DNA from: Candidatus Bathyarchaeia archaeon
GTDB taxonomy: Bacteria > Patescibacteriota > Microgenomatia > PFEM01 > JAFGMK01
NCBI GenBank assembly: GCA_035529595.1
Contig: DATKWK010000035.1
Span: 113,067-177,066, forward strand
Reading direction: 5' to 3'
Length of the DNA stretch: 64,000 nucleotides
In this document: positions 37,166 to 46,804 of the stretch, in pieces
How the letters are laid out: each line of letters starts with the position of its first letter
How positions within the stretch are numbered: the first letter of the stretch is position 1
The notes under the pieces: generated by a model
The model's input: only the letters and a program-made list of their open reading frames with translations
The model's database searches: none
What the model was told of the DNA's origin: nothing
Translations under genes and position numbers: made by a program

Positions 37166-38662
37166 TTATTTTGTTAATTTATATATTACAATACCGGCCG
37201 GTAATTCCCAGACAGAGGTAATTTTTTCCGGTTTAAAAAGGCCAACTTCCCAAATATCAAGTTTGAGCACCTCTAAACTGCCGGTTTCACTGATTAAATA
37301 TAAAATTTGCGCTTGTTGGTAGTCTAGAACATCCCATCCGGGAACGCGAATGCCACAGTCTGCTTCCAAAAAATAACGGTAATCAACCGCATTATAATAA
37401 TATCCGTCTTTATCCCGGTAAACGGCAACTAAATTAAACTTCTCATCAACCTTAATTTTATCGGCCAGAAACCGGGCAGTATCAACTAGCCCATTGATTT
37501 TGCTCGATCCTATTGGGGAAGAAATTAAAGCCACGATATTTTTACTGATTAAAAAACCAGCCACCAGAATAAAAACCAGGGTTACTTTCCTTGATTTTAC
37601 TCTTATACGATCAAGTAATAAGAGCGTCAGCAAAAAAGGCACCGGATATAAAAAAGTAAGATAAAAAAAGAAAAAACTCCCTTTATAAAAAGCGGCAAAT
37701 AATACGCCTCCAAATAAAGTCAGGAACGTAACCGTAAAAAAGGTCGGTTTAGTTTTTATTTCATTAAAATAAAGCCAAAAACAACCGACTAAAATAAATA
37801 CTGCTGCGATTTTAATCCAGAGAGAAGGTAAGTTGACTAGCAGACCAAAAAGATAAACCAGCTTTTCCCACAAACCGGTAAAAAAGGCTGGCGCCGGAAT
37901 TCGTCCGCCGGTGCCGGAAAAAAAATATTCAACTATATTCCCGACATTCACGAATTGATGCCGGAATTCAAAAACTAATAGAGGCAGTAAGAAAAGACCC
38001 AGGATTAGAAAAGATAGCGCAACTGTCGGGTAAATTTTAAATCTCGGTCGAAAACGCAAATAAATTAGCAAAGTGATAAACAGAAAGGTAAGACCGGAAT
38101 AATGAAGGTTAATCGCCGCGCCGATCGAAAAAGCCAGCAGTAACAAATATTTTTTTTCATTTTCACCGATTATTTTTTGGCAGGCAAGCAAAAACAGCAG
38201 ACTGAAGATCGGTAAAGGATTTGGATTCCAAGCAAAACGGCTTTGGGCAACAATTTGGGGCGAAAAAGCAAATAAAGACGTGAACAATAATATTAAAGCT
38301 TTATTCCCGGTTATTCTTTTGGCGATTATGAAAAAAACAACAATTGATAATAAACTAAAACAGGCAATGCCAAAGTCTAAGCCGACCGGGTTTAGTCTAA
38401 AAAGGAGTAAAAAGGGAGCCATCAAATAATAATAAAAGGGGCCAGTATAGAGTCCGGGGATAGAACTTTGCGTACCGATCAGTCTGAATTGACCGTCAAC
38501 TATAATTCGTTTAATATACAAGGCATCTCTGGCTTGGTCATAGGTGAAAAAAGCCAAACCGGTAAGTTGTCGAAACCGAAAGAAGGCAGCCGCAATCAGG
38601 ATAATCAGTAAGAATAATCCTTCGAACTGACTAAGTTTTTCGTTTCTTATATGCTTCTTCAT
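37166..38662 (-). CDS. GT-C fold membrane glycosyltransferase, ArnT/PMT-like (paralog)
   Basis: 498 aa polytopic. N-terminal loop 'FFTYDQARDALYIKRI'. Size and topology are like the other GT-C paralogs in the locus. Confidence 0.5.
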   Translation of the reverse strand: MKKHIRNEKLSQFEGLFLLIILIAAAFFRFRQLTGLAFFTYDQARDALYIKRIIVDGQFRLIGTQSSIPGLYTGPFYYYLMAPFLLLFRLNPVGLDFGIACFSLLSIVVFFIIAKRITGNKALILLFTSLFAFSPQIVAQSRFAWNPNPLPIFSLLFLLACQKIIGENEKKYLLLLAFSIGAAINLHYSGLTFLFITLLIYLRFRPRFKIYPTVALSFLILGLFLLPLLVFEFRHQFVNVGNIVEYFFSGTGGRIPAPAFFTGLWEKLVYLFGLLVNLPSLWIKIAAVFILVGCFWLYFNEIKTKPTFFTVTFLTLFGGVLFAAFYKGSFFFFYLTFLYPVPFLLTLLLLDRIRVKSRKVTLVFILVAGFLISKNIVALISSPIGSSKINGLVDTARFLADKIKVDEKFNLVAVYRDKDGYYYNAVDYRYFLEADCGIRVPGWDVLDYQQAQILYLISETGSLEVLKLDIWEVGLFKPEKITSVWELPAGIVIYKLTK

Positions 38663-39779
38663 AAACTTTCAGAGTCTCTTGAGCTGTCTTTTCCCAGGTA
38701 AACTTTTTTACCCGAGCAAATCCCCGTTTAATTAACGTCTCCCGTTCCTCTTCAATTTGCCTCAAGCCATCAACGATCGATTTCACTTTCAGCGGATCCA
38801 CAAGAACGGCCGACTTTCCGGCAATTTCCGGCATACTGGAAAGATTTGAAGTAACCACCGGACAGCCACAGGCAAAGGCACCCAAAATCGGCATGCCGAA
38901 ACCCTCATACAAAGATGCGTAAACCAAACAATAAGCACCACTGTACAAAGCCGCCAATTCCGCTGTCGGTAAATAGCCGGTAAAAATCAAGCGGGGAATT
39001 CTTTTGTTAAGCTCCAGAACCTTTTTATCCCAGCCGGTCTTACCGGCCACCACTAAGGATAAATCAGGCTTCGTTTTTAGCAGCAAATAAAAAGCTTCAA
39101 TAATTTTGCCCAGATTTTTCCGCGGCTCGATCGTTGATAAAGCCAGAAGATAGCGGCCTTCAATACCGTATTTTTTCTTAATCGCTGCAATTTGCCTGAT
39201 AGATGCTGGTTTCAGAACTTCATCTTGAAGCGCCTCGTAAATAACTTTGATTTTCTCTTCGGGATAACTCAGATACTTAATCGTATCTTCCTTTGTTGTC
39301 TGGGAAACAGCAATAACAAAGTCAACTTCCTGTTTAACTAACTGCAGTTTCCTTTTCATTACTGCCAGTATCTTCGGGTGGGCGGTTTGAGGATACTTGA
39401 AAAAGCCGAAGTCATGAATAGTTGTCACTTTAGCGCCAGCTGATGGCGGCTGAATCCAATCGGAAGAGTGAAAAACGTCAATCGGTCCGGTTATTTTTTC
39501 CACTGGAAATATTCGCCATTGATTTCCTAAATATTCGGCTAAAGTTATCGGTAAGCTGAGTATTTTACTGCTGAAATTAGAATTGACCCTCTCAACTTCT
39601 TTGCCGAAATCAATCAAGGTCCTCTTAAGACGACAGGAAGTACCAAAAAGGACATATTGATTGTCTTTATCGAATTTGGCCAAAGCCTTAACCAGGTTAC
39701 GGGTATAGAAAGAGACACCGGTTCCGTAAACAATTTGACTGATATCAATGGTTATTCTCATAGCTTCCCATACTCCCAC
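38631..39779 (-). CDS. glycosyltransferase family 1/4 (GT-B)
   Basis: 382 aa. 'YEGFGMPILGAFACGCPVVTS'. Confidence 0.75.
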   Translation of the reverse strand: MGVWEAMRITIDISQIVYGTGVSFYTRNLVKALAKFDKDNQYVLFGTSCRLKRTLIDFGKEVERVNSNFSSKILSLPITLAEYLGNQWRIFPVEKITGPIDVFHSSDWIQPPSAGAKVTTIHDFGFFKYPQTAHPKILAVMKRKLQLVKQEVDFVIAVSQTTKEDTIKYLSYPEEKIKVIYEALQDEVLKPASIRQIAAIKKKYGIEGRYLLALSTIEPRKNLGKIIEAFYLLLKTKPDLSLVVAGKTGWDKKVLELNKRIPRLIFTGYLPTAELAALYSGAYCLVYASLYEGFGMPILGAFACGCPVVTSNLSSMPEIAGKSAVLVDPLKVKSIVDGLRQIEEERETLIKRGFARVKKFTWEKTAQETLKVYEEAYKKRKT

Positions 39780-41221
39780 ACTGGAATCTGATTAAAACTG
39801 ATTTCCCTGATTTTAGCAAAACCTAGTCTTTTTAGCCATAAATCAATCCGTTCTTGGGGATCAAAAAGCGGCACTAAATAGCGGATATAATATACTTCTT
39901 TATCGGTAAATTCGCTTACCGGTAAATTGTCGATTTCTCTATTTTCTATTGGTTTAACTTTTTCGGAAACTGATATTAACTTTCCCTGTTGCTTCGCGTA
40001 ATATTGCCAAGGCCAGGCAGATGTCGCTGATGGCAATACGGCAACGGAATTTTCCTGGGACTTGATAAAACGGGTTACTCCCCGCCAATCTTCGCGCTGG
40101 AAATGGGGATTAAAGTAGTAAACAGCTAAAGAAACCAGATTAACCGACAGAACGAGTACCAGTGCGATTATTCTAATCTTTGAATTTTTTGTTTGTATAA
40201 TCCCGATTGCTAAAAGCAGATAAAAAGCCGGCAAACATAAAAGCAATCGAAAGGGCTGATAATTTGGTATCAAAGACGATACCAACCAAGCAATAAGAAT
40301 CGGAAGCGACAACCAACTCAAGATCACAAAATTTATGCTATTCACCACAAATTTTTTACTGGATAATATACCGGTGACGATTATTTTCCCGTAGACCAGC
40401 AACAATATCCCGATAAAAAAACCGTATATATTTTTATTAAAAATGGTAATCCGGCCGATGGCGAATTTAATAAAAGTTAACGGCAGGGCTTTAAAAAAAC
40501 TAAGATTGACTAATCTCCCCCATCCCGGTAGAAATAAAACGGCTGCCCGCCCCACTCTAAGTTGGATAAAGAAAAAAGGTAACCAGGGAATAAAAAGTAA
40601 CCAGGGAATAAAAAAATCTCGAAGTAAGAAACGCTTTTTGGCAAAAATTGCTATTAACCCCTGAGCCAAAAGAATAAAAAAACCGTAATAATCAGTATAA
40701 AGCAAGGCGGTAGTGGCAAGAACATAACCGACAGTCAGAGATTGTTTTTTTCTATAATCTGCCGGCTGGCAACCGATGACTTTGGTAAATATCCATATCG
40801 AAAGACCGGCAAAAAAAGTTACCATCACATACATTCTCGCCTCTTGGGAATAATAGATATGATAAGGCGCGGTTGCTAGCAAAAGGGCAGCTACCGAAGC
40901 AGTTGAAAATTGAAAATTGAAAATTGAAAATTTGTAAGAACTTATTTCTAGGCCGATTTTATAAACCAGCCAGACTGTTCCTACTCCAAATAAAACTGAG
41001 GGCAGACGCAAGATTACCTCACTTGACCCAAAAAAGTGACTCCAAAGCCAGATAAACAAATGGTAAAGAGGCGGATGAAAATCACCCCGAAGTTCACTTA
41101 AAAGATTGCTAAGTGAACCCTGGCTGGTTAACGCCTGGACGGCCTCATCAAGCCAAAATGATTGATTAAGATTAATCAAGCGCAAAAACAGAGCGAAGAT
41201 TAATATTGATAACAGCATCAA
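39758..41221 (-). CDS. GT-C fold membrane glycosyltransferase, ArnT/PMT-like (paralog) containing internal tandem repeats
   Basis: 487 aa polytopic. 'NQSFWLDEAVQAL' DE-type motif. Contains an 18-bp x2 in-frame duplication (LFIPWL LFIPWL) and a 7-bp x4 repeat. Confidence 0.6.
   Translation of the reverse strand: MMLLSILIFALFLRLINLNQSFWLDEAVQALTSQGSLSNLLSELRGDFHPPLYHLFIWLWSHFFGSSEVILRLPSVLFGVGTVWLVYKIGLEISSYKFSIFNFQFSTASVAALLLATAPYHIYYSQEARMYVMVTFFAGLSIWIFTKVIGCQPADYRKKQSLTVGYVLATTALLYTDYYGFFILLAQGLIAIFAKKRFLLRDFFIPWLLFIPWLPFFFIQLRVGRAAVLFLPGWGRLVNLSFFKALPLTFIKFAIGRITIFNKNIYGFFIGILLLVYGKIIVTGILSSKKFVVNSINFVILSWLSLPILIAWLVSSLIPNYQPFRLLLCLPAFYLLLAIGIIQTKNSKIRIIALVLVLSVNLVSLAVYYFNPHFQREDWRGVTRFIKSQENSVAVLPSATSAWPWQYYAKQQGKLISVSEKVKPIENREIDNLPVSEFTDKEVYYIRYLVPLFDPQERIDLWLKRLGFAKIREISFNQIPVWEYGKL
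40579..40614. repeat. perfect 18-bp tandem duplication gtaaccagggaataaaaa x2 inside the GT-C gene
   Basis: Read directly from sequence at 40579-40596 and 40597-40614. In frame, encoding LFIPWL twice. Confidence 0.9.
40903..40932. repeat. heptanucleotide tandem repeat (ttgaaaa)x4 inside the GT-C gene
   Basis: Four perfect 7-mers at 40903-40930 plus a 2-bp partial copy. Coding on the minus strand (…KFSIFNFQFS…). Confidence 0.9.
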
Positions 41222-42447
41222 ACCCTCTCTGCTTGTTGTAAAGGCAATAGAAAATGATAATAAAGGTCCATTATTTTTGAAGCGGCGTAGTTTTGAATTA
41301 TCATCTTCCTGGACACAATGCTGAACTCACTTCTTAAACGCGGATTCCTTATCAATGATTCCAATGCCACAAACAGTTCTTCAGGATTTTCTTTTTCTAC
41401 AAGAATGCCATTCTTTTTGTTAATCACTATCTCAGCTATTCCTCCTACCCTGGTGGCAATAACCGGTAAACCGGCGGCCATCGCTTCTAAAATAGAAAGT
41501 GAGATTCCTTCAGAATGAAGTGAGGGGTAAACAAAAATATCAGCCGCTTTCAGGTATTTTACCACCTCGTTCTTTTGCTTTTCGCCTAACAAAAGAACTG
41601 ATTTTACTTCTCTTTCTCTTAAATATCTTTTCAGCTGGTCTTCAACCGAGTCAAAATTATTTTTCCCCGAACCAAGAATAACTAAAACAGTTTTCAGATC
41701 TTTTGTATTAATCTTTTTCCAAGCCTTTAGCAAAACAATTAATCCTTTCCTGCGAACCAATCGGCCGCAAAAAATAACAATCACTTTCCCCAAAGGAAGT
41801 AAAATCTTTTTTCTTATCAGGTTTTTCTCTTCGTAAGAACTTGGGGGGATAAAACAGTCTGTCTCCACACCGTCGGGTATCTTGATAATCTTCTTCGCGG
41901 AAATTTTCAGACTGATTAATTCTTTTTTAATCTGCTCGGTTTGAGCAATATAGAAGTCAGCCTTCCCGGCGATAAAAAGTCGAAATTTCATTAAGGGGTG
42001 AATAATTTTTCTGGCTGTTAAGGCAAAAGGGCCGGAAAAAAAAAGTTCGCCCGGTGTAGCTACCCTCGCAATCACTTTTTTTGAAAGAGTTTTTCCAAGC
42101 AGAATTCCGGTTGAACCGAAAATATTAGCCAAGCCACCGTTAACAAAAATTAAATTATACTGCCGATGATTTTTAAGCAGGAAGAACGCCAGTAATAAAC
42201 CTGCTAAGTAGTTAGCCAAGCGAGTATTTCCGGGTATTCCTAGTCTTTCTACCTTAAAACCTTGCTTATAGTATTCTTCCTGAGATAATTCTTTCTTAAT
42301 TCTCCGGGTCAAAACTAAAACTCGGGCTCCCCGCCTTGACAGATTTTCGGCTAAACTAAAAGTCTGTGTTTCCGTTCCACCGACAAACGGATGAAACTTC
42401 TCGATGATAAAAACTATTGAAAAAGGTAACTTTTCGGATTTTTTCAT
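41218..42447 (-). CDS. glycosyltransferase family 1/4 (GT-B)
   Basis: Track ORF 41218..42561. The likely true start is the internal Met 'MKKSEKLPFSIVFIIEKFHPFVGGTE' at 42447, which removes a 106-bp overlap. 'EGISLSILEAMAAGLPVIATRVGG'. Confidence 0.75.
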   Translation of the reverse strand: MKKSEKLPFSIVFIIEKFHPFVGGTETQTFSLAENLSRRGARVLVLTRRIKKELSQEEYYKQGFKVERLGIPGNTRLANYLAGLLLAFFLLKNHRQYNLIFVNGGLANIFGSTGILLGKTLSKKVIARVATPGELFFSGPFALTARKIIHPLMKFRLFIAGKADFYIAQTEQIKKELISLKISAKKIIKIPDGVETDCFIPPSSYEEKNLIRKKILLPLGKVIVIFCGRLVRRKGLIVLLKAWKKINTKDLKTVLVILGSGKNNFDSVEDQLKRYLREREVKSVLLLGEKQKNEVVKYLKAADIFVYPSLHSEGISLSILEAMAAGLPVIATRVGGIAEIVINKKNGILVEKENPEELFVALESLIRNPRLRSEFSIVSRKMIIQNYAASKIMDLYYHFLLPLQQAERV

Positions 42448-42455
42448 AAATTGGC

Positions 42456-43973
42456 CTACTTGTTTTTGTCCCAAGAATAAAGCTCTATTGGCCATCGGTT
42501 CCAATCGGGAGAAAACCAGGCAAATTCTTCCCGCTTTTCTAAATTCAGCTTTTCTCTGCAAAATTCAACTAGTCCCGATGGATAAAAACGAAAATTATGC
42601 TCTACCAAAACTACAAAGCCTTTTGGGTATCGGTCATATATTTCTTTGACCTCCTCTAAATTATGAAGAAAGACAGCTCCGCTATTTGGATTTTCTTTTA
42701 TCGCTTCAGATACATCATTTCTGGGAATGAAAACAGGGATTTTTTCACCTAAATACCAAAAAGGGAGATCATGGCTTAAATCTACTATTGCAGTTTTTTC
42801 CCTATCCCGATAATCGCCTATCTTTGATTCGACAAAGCTGTAAATGCCTTTGTAGTCGATCTCGGGAATTTCTCGCATATCAAGGTTAAGGGTGTAAAAT
42901 TGCCGTGGTTTAATAGAAAATTTATCACCGTTTAATAAAATAAATAATAAAAAAAATGAAAAGACGAGAGTTTTTCCAATTTTGGTTTTGGAAAAATAAT
43001 TACTAATAAAAAAAAGGGAATATGAAGAAACAAGAAACATAATGGGAAAAATCGGCAAAGCATACTTTTCGAAAGGAACAGCAATTAAAAATGAAATTAT
43101 GAATAAATAAATTACTGTAAACGAAAATAGAATTAAGAATAGGTTCTTTTTCTTTCTATTTAACAAGGCCAAAAAACCTAAGTAGGTCAAAAAAGAAATC
43201 AAAGAATATTGACGCCAAAAAAGCGAGTGATAGTAGGATAAAAAAATTTCCTTACCAAAATTTATTATCTTATAATTATAAACCCAACTTATTGCATATC
43301 TGAAATTAGAACAAATTATTATCAGTCCAATAGAAAAAAGAGTAATTAATAAACTAGTCCTCTTACTTAAAAATACCTTGAGGTTTATTTTCCAGAGTAA
43401 GCCAAAAAAGATAATCGGCACAACTATTAATCCAAGGGTATGTGTCCAGATACTTAGAAATGAGAAAACAATCGATAAAAAGAGAGGCCTCTTTTTGCCA
43501 GTTTCAAGGAATTGATATAAAAAGTAAATCGAAAGAAGAAGAAAAACTTCTAAAATTACATAACCACGGGCTTGTCTTGACCAAGCAATTTGAATATAAG
43601 AAAAAGTAGTTAAGGCCGCTGCTCCTAGTCCTGTTAGATTATTGAATAATTTTTTTCCAATGAAAAAAGTTATAAGAATTAGTAGTATACCAAATACTAC
43701 TTCTGGAAGACGAGCCGATAATTCGTTTTTCCCAAGAAACATGAAAGAAACGGCTGTCAAATAGTGAGTTACAAAATAAGAATTTTCTTTATAGCCGGTT
43801 GAGGAAATTTGCGGTAATCCGGTTTCCAGAATTCCTCGGGCAAAACGGGCAGTTGAAGCCTCATCGGTCCAAAACGAATATTGCGTCTCTAAACCATTAA
43901 TCCGATACCAAAAACCAAGAAGAACTAAAAATATGAGAACAATCTCTCCAAAATACCTTAAGAAAAACTTCAT
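42456..43973 (-). CDS. GT-C fold membrane glycosyltransferase, ArnT/PMT-like (paralog)
   Basis: 505 aa polytopic. 'QYSFWTDEASTARFARGILETG' DE-type motif. Confidence 0.6.
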   Translation of the reverse strand: MKFFLRYFGEIVLIFLVLLGFWYRINGLETQYSFWTDEASTARFARGILETGLPQISSTGYKENSYFVTHYLTAVSFMFLGKNELSARLPEVVFGILLILITFFIGKKLFNNLTGLGAAALTTFSYIQIAWSRQARGYVILEVFLLLSIYFLYQFLETGKKRPLFLSIVFSFLSIWTHTLGLIVVPIIFFGLLWKINLKVFLSKRTSLLITLFSIGLIIICSNFRYAISWVYNYKIINFGKEIFLSYYHSLFWRQYSLISFLTYLGFLALLNRKKKNLFLILFSFTVIYLFIISFLIAVPFEKYALPIFPIMFLVSSYSLFFISNYFSKTKIGKTLVFSFFLLFILLNGDKFSIKPRQFYTLNLDMREIPEIDYKGIYSFVESKIGDYRDREKTAIVDLSHDLPFWYLGEKIPVFIPRNDVSEAIKENPNSGAVFLHNLEEVKEIYDRYPKGFVVLVEHNFRFYPSGLVEFCREKLNLEKREEFAWFSPDWNRWPIELYSWDKNK

Positions 43974-43977
43974 AAAG

Positions 43978-45204
43978 TTATTTTCTCAAAATTTTTAAGA
44001 CAAATAAATTATTAACTACCACCCCAAGAAATTCTCCTCCAACCAGCGCCCAAGCAGCTCCTATAACTGAGAAGCGAGAAATCAACCAAACACAAAGACA
44101 CAGATGAAACAACCATTTTAATCCTAACCACTTTAAAAAATGTTTAGCTTCGGGCGAGTTTTGAATAATATTTCCTGCCAAAGAATTCAAAAAAAACAAA
44201 AAAAGTGCTATTCCCAAAACCAGAAGAACAGGAATGGCTTCCTGGTAATTCCTTCCGTAGAAACTTTCAATGATCAATCTGGAAAAGTACATTAATAACA
44301 AGCAAATAGGCAAAGCAAGCAAGACTAAAATCCTTAATCCTCTTTTATATAATTCTTTTAAATGAGTTAAATTGCCAACAAACAATCTGGAAGATAGCGG
44401 AAACAAAGCTAAAGAGAAGGACTGGGGAATTAAAATCAGAGCCTCGATAAACTTGAAAGCAGCACTGTAGATTCCGGTATAATAAGTCCCCTTGATGAAA
44501 GCAACTGCGAGAACTGTCGTTCTTAAATAAAAAACCGCTATAATGGTCAGACCGGCGAAAACCCATGACCGGGAAACGGTTTGACGCCAAAATTTTCTAT
44601 CTACCACCCAATTTACATCTAAATCCCATATGGATGCTTTAATTAAAAAGACTAAGGCAATAGCCAAATTTGCCAATACGACCGCCAAAAAAAAGAAACC
44701 AATCGGTAGTTTAAGGAGTATAAAAAACGCTCCTAAAAACGCGGTCAATACCGGCGTGCTGATGTTTACCATTGCCATATAGCCCATCTTTTCCCGGGCA
44801 TTTTGCAAATTTGTAAATAAATAAATTAAGTTGTAAGGAAAAAGCATCAATCCAAGAATAGCTAAATAAAAAATCTGTCTTGGAGGCCGGCCTAAAGCGG
44901 CGCCACAAGCCAAAGCACCAATATACGCCCCGAAAGTGATAAGAAAACGCAAAGGCAAAAGACGCCTTAAATAAGAAGCGGCTCGCTTGGGCTGACGCGA
45001 AATATCCCGAAGAACTAATCTCTCAATTCCAAAATCAGCCACCGGAATAAAGCTGTAAACAAAGGACAATACGAAATTATAAACCCCGAAATTTTCTACT
45101 CCCAGAAATCTGGCTAAAAAGATAAAATACAAAAAACCCACGACTCTGGCAACAATTTGGGAAACAGAAAGAATTAAAGTATTTTTGGCTATTTTTCGCC
45201 TCAT
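43978..45204 (-). CDS. wzx: Wzx-type oligosaccharide flippase (MOP/polysaccharide biosynthesis protein family)
   Basis: 408 aa, ~12 TM. N-terminus 'KNTLILSVSQIVARVVGFLYFIFLARFLGVENFGVYNFVLSFV' is typical of Wzx/RfbX. Confidence 0.75.
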   Translation of the reverse strand: MRRKIAKNTLILSVSQIVARVVGFLYFIFLARFLGVENFGVYNFVLSFVYSFIPVADFGIERLVLRDISRQPKRAASYLRRLLPLRFLITFGAYIGALACGAALGRPPRQIFYLAILGLMLFPYNLIYLFTNLQNAREKMGYMAMVNISTPVLTAFLGAFFILLKLPIGFFFLAVVLANLAIALVFLIKASIWDLDVNWVVDRKFWRQTVSRSWVFAGLTIIAVFYLRTTVLAVAFIKGTYYTGIYSAAFKFIEALILIPQSFSLALFPLSSRLFVGNLTHLKELYKRGLRILVLLALPICLLLMYFSRLIIESFYGRNYQEAIPVLLVLGIALFLFFLNSLAGNIIQNSPEAKHFLKWLGLKWLFHLCLCVWLISRFSVIGAAWALVGGEFLGVVVNNLFVLKILRK

Positions 45205-45327
45205 ACCTTGAATTCTACTCTACTCGGACCGCTTTTCTCAAACGGATATTTTTCCCCAGAGGTATTGATTACTACCAAGTCGCAAATGCATCTAAGTTTA
45301 TCTATAAGATGGCCGTGTCCGCCAAAA

Positions 45328-46011
45328 TTACTTCTTATTTTCATCTTTTAAATATTCAACGAACATTTGAGCTACGCCTATGGCCAAGAATATATACGCC
45401 CAAATCGCGGTTTTTTCAGCAAAAGACTCCTTTTTAAGAATCAACAGAAACGGGCAAAAAAAAAGAAAAAATAATCCTCCCGCCACAGAAATTATTCCTG
45501 TAAATTTGAAACGCTTGATCGATAAAAGCCACAGGCAAACCAAAAATAAAATCAGCCAATCAGAAGTAAAAGTGAAAGCAAGAATATCAAGCACAATCCC
45601 TAAAGAGACTGCCGCCAGAATATTATATTTACTTAGGATAAAGCTTTTCAAGGTTTGCCAAAGTCCGCCAAAGATCGCCAGAATCGTAGCAAAAGTCATT
45701 ATCACCGGTCCCGTCTTGCTAGTTAATCTTTCTGGATCACGATCAACCATTTTCCTTAGTAAATTTTCTCTTCTCTCCAAGAAATTATTTTTAATTCCAA
45801 AAAGCACTCTTCCTAAAGCCAGATGAATAAGTCGCCATCTACTTTTAATCTCCGATATGACCAAGAGAAAAAAAAGGAACCAAAAAAAACTATTTAAGAC
45901 CGATGCATCAATTCCAAAATTTAAGCCGAATAATTGGGCTGTCCAGAGCAGAAAAATGACCGTAAAGAAAGAAAAGAACAACTTACGGTAATTTAAAAAA
46001 TAAATCCTCAT
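45328..46011 (-). CDS. hypothetical polytopic membrane protein
   Basis: 227 aa, ~6 hydrophobic helices. Preferred over the overlapping plus-strand ORF 45380..45826. Confidence 0.45.
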   Translation of the reverse strand: MRIYFLNYRKLFFSFFTVIFLLWTAQLFGLNFGIDASVLNSFFWFLFFLLVISEIKSRWRLIHLALGRVLFGIKNNFLERRENLLRKMVDRDPERLTSKTGPVIMTFATILAIFGGLWQTLKSFILSKYNILAAVSLGIVLDILAFTFTSDWLILFLVCLWLLSIKRFKFTGIISVAGGLFFLFFCPFLLILKKESFAEKTAIWAYIFLAIGVAQMFVEYLKDENKK

Positions 46012-46048
46012 CTTTATTCAACTACTGGGAATAAATCCCAAAAATATC

Positions 46049-46792
46049 TTAATAAGTAGCCTTAATAGTCAGATTACCGGGATTTCTAATTTCAAACGGA
46101 ATACTGTTGCTGATTATACCATCGCTTCTTTTCAGATAAAGATTAACGCAGCCAAATTTAACCGGCACCGGCAATTCAGCGATAATTATTCCTTCACTCC
46201 AAGATCGGATGTTAGTTTCTTCATTATCGAGCATTACCTTGCCTCCTTTCCAAATCGGAAAAAAATTCAATCCCCTGATTTCAATTAAACTGCCCTGAAT
46301 TCCCCAGTTAGCGCTGATCTTATAGATCTTGGGCAAATATTCCTTGGTTAACTTTTCCTGACGATACTCACGGTAAACCAACCCGCAGATAACCACAAAA
46401 ACAAGTAACAAAAACCGAAATATTTTTACTTTCAATAATTTATTCCAACTAATTGAATTTAAAATAACCGCCAGGATCAACAAAAAAAGCAAACTAAAAA
46501 GAGAAGGAATTTTAGGAATCAGCTTCCAATTTTCAGTCAGCTGGTATTCAAACGGCAAAAAAATTAAAACATAAAAAGATAAAACCAGAATTGACGTAAC
46601 AGAGAAATTTGTTGCCAACCTTATAAAGGGAGAAAAAGCCGGTGACTGCTTGAAGCCCCAGGCCAGCTCAAGTAAAATCATTAAAAAAAGAAAAACAAAC
46701 GTTGCCCCTAACGCTGTCAGGATAACCCTTGAGAGAAAAAGAGTGATCAAAAAAACCAAGCAAGAAAAGATAATACTGGTATATCGTTCCAT
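46049..46792 (-). CDS. hypothetical membrane protein with C-terminal Ig/TIG-like domain
   Basis: 247 aa. N-terminal 5 TM, C-terminal 'IQGSLIEIRGLNFFPIWKGGKVMLDNEE…' beta-rich domain. Confidence 0.4.
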   Translation of the reverse strand: MERYTSIIFSCLVFLITLFLSRVILTALGATFVFLFLMILLELAWGFKQSPAFSPFIRLATNFSVTSILVLSFYVLIFLPFEYQLTENWKLIPKIPSLFSLLFLLILAVILNSISWNKLLKVKIFRFLLLVFVVICGLVYREYRQEKLTKEYLPKIYKISANWGIQGSLIEIRGLNFFPIWKGGKVMLDNEETNIRSWSEGIIIAELPVPVKFGCVNLYLKRSDGIISNSIPFEIRNPGNLTIKATY

Positions 46793-46804
46793 TAATTCAC
46801 CAGT

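Noticed and set aside
40903-40932. Possible CRISPR array suggested by short direct repeats at 40903 and 48505
   Set aside because: The units are 7 bp, contiguous with no spacers, and lie inside coding sequence. They are simple sequence repeats, not CRISPR repeats. No cas genes are present.
45380-45826. 148-aa plus-strand ORF
   Set aside because: It is antisense to a 227-aa minus-strand ORF with clear TM-helix periodicity that fits the local all-minus operon. The plus-strand ORF is lysine/arginine-rich low-complexity typical of AT-rich antisense frames.
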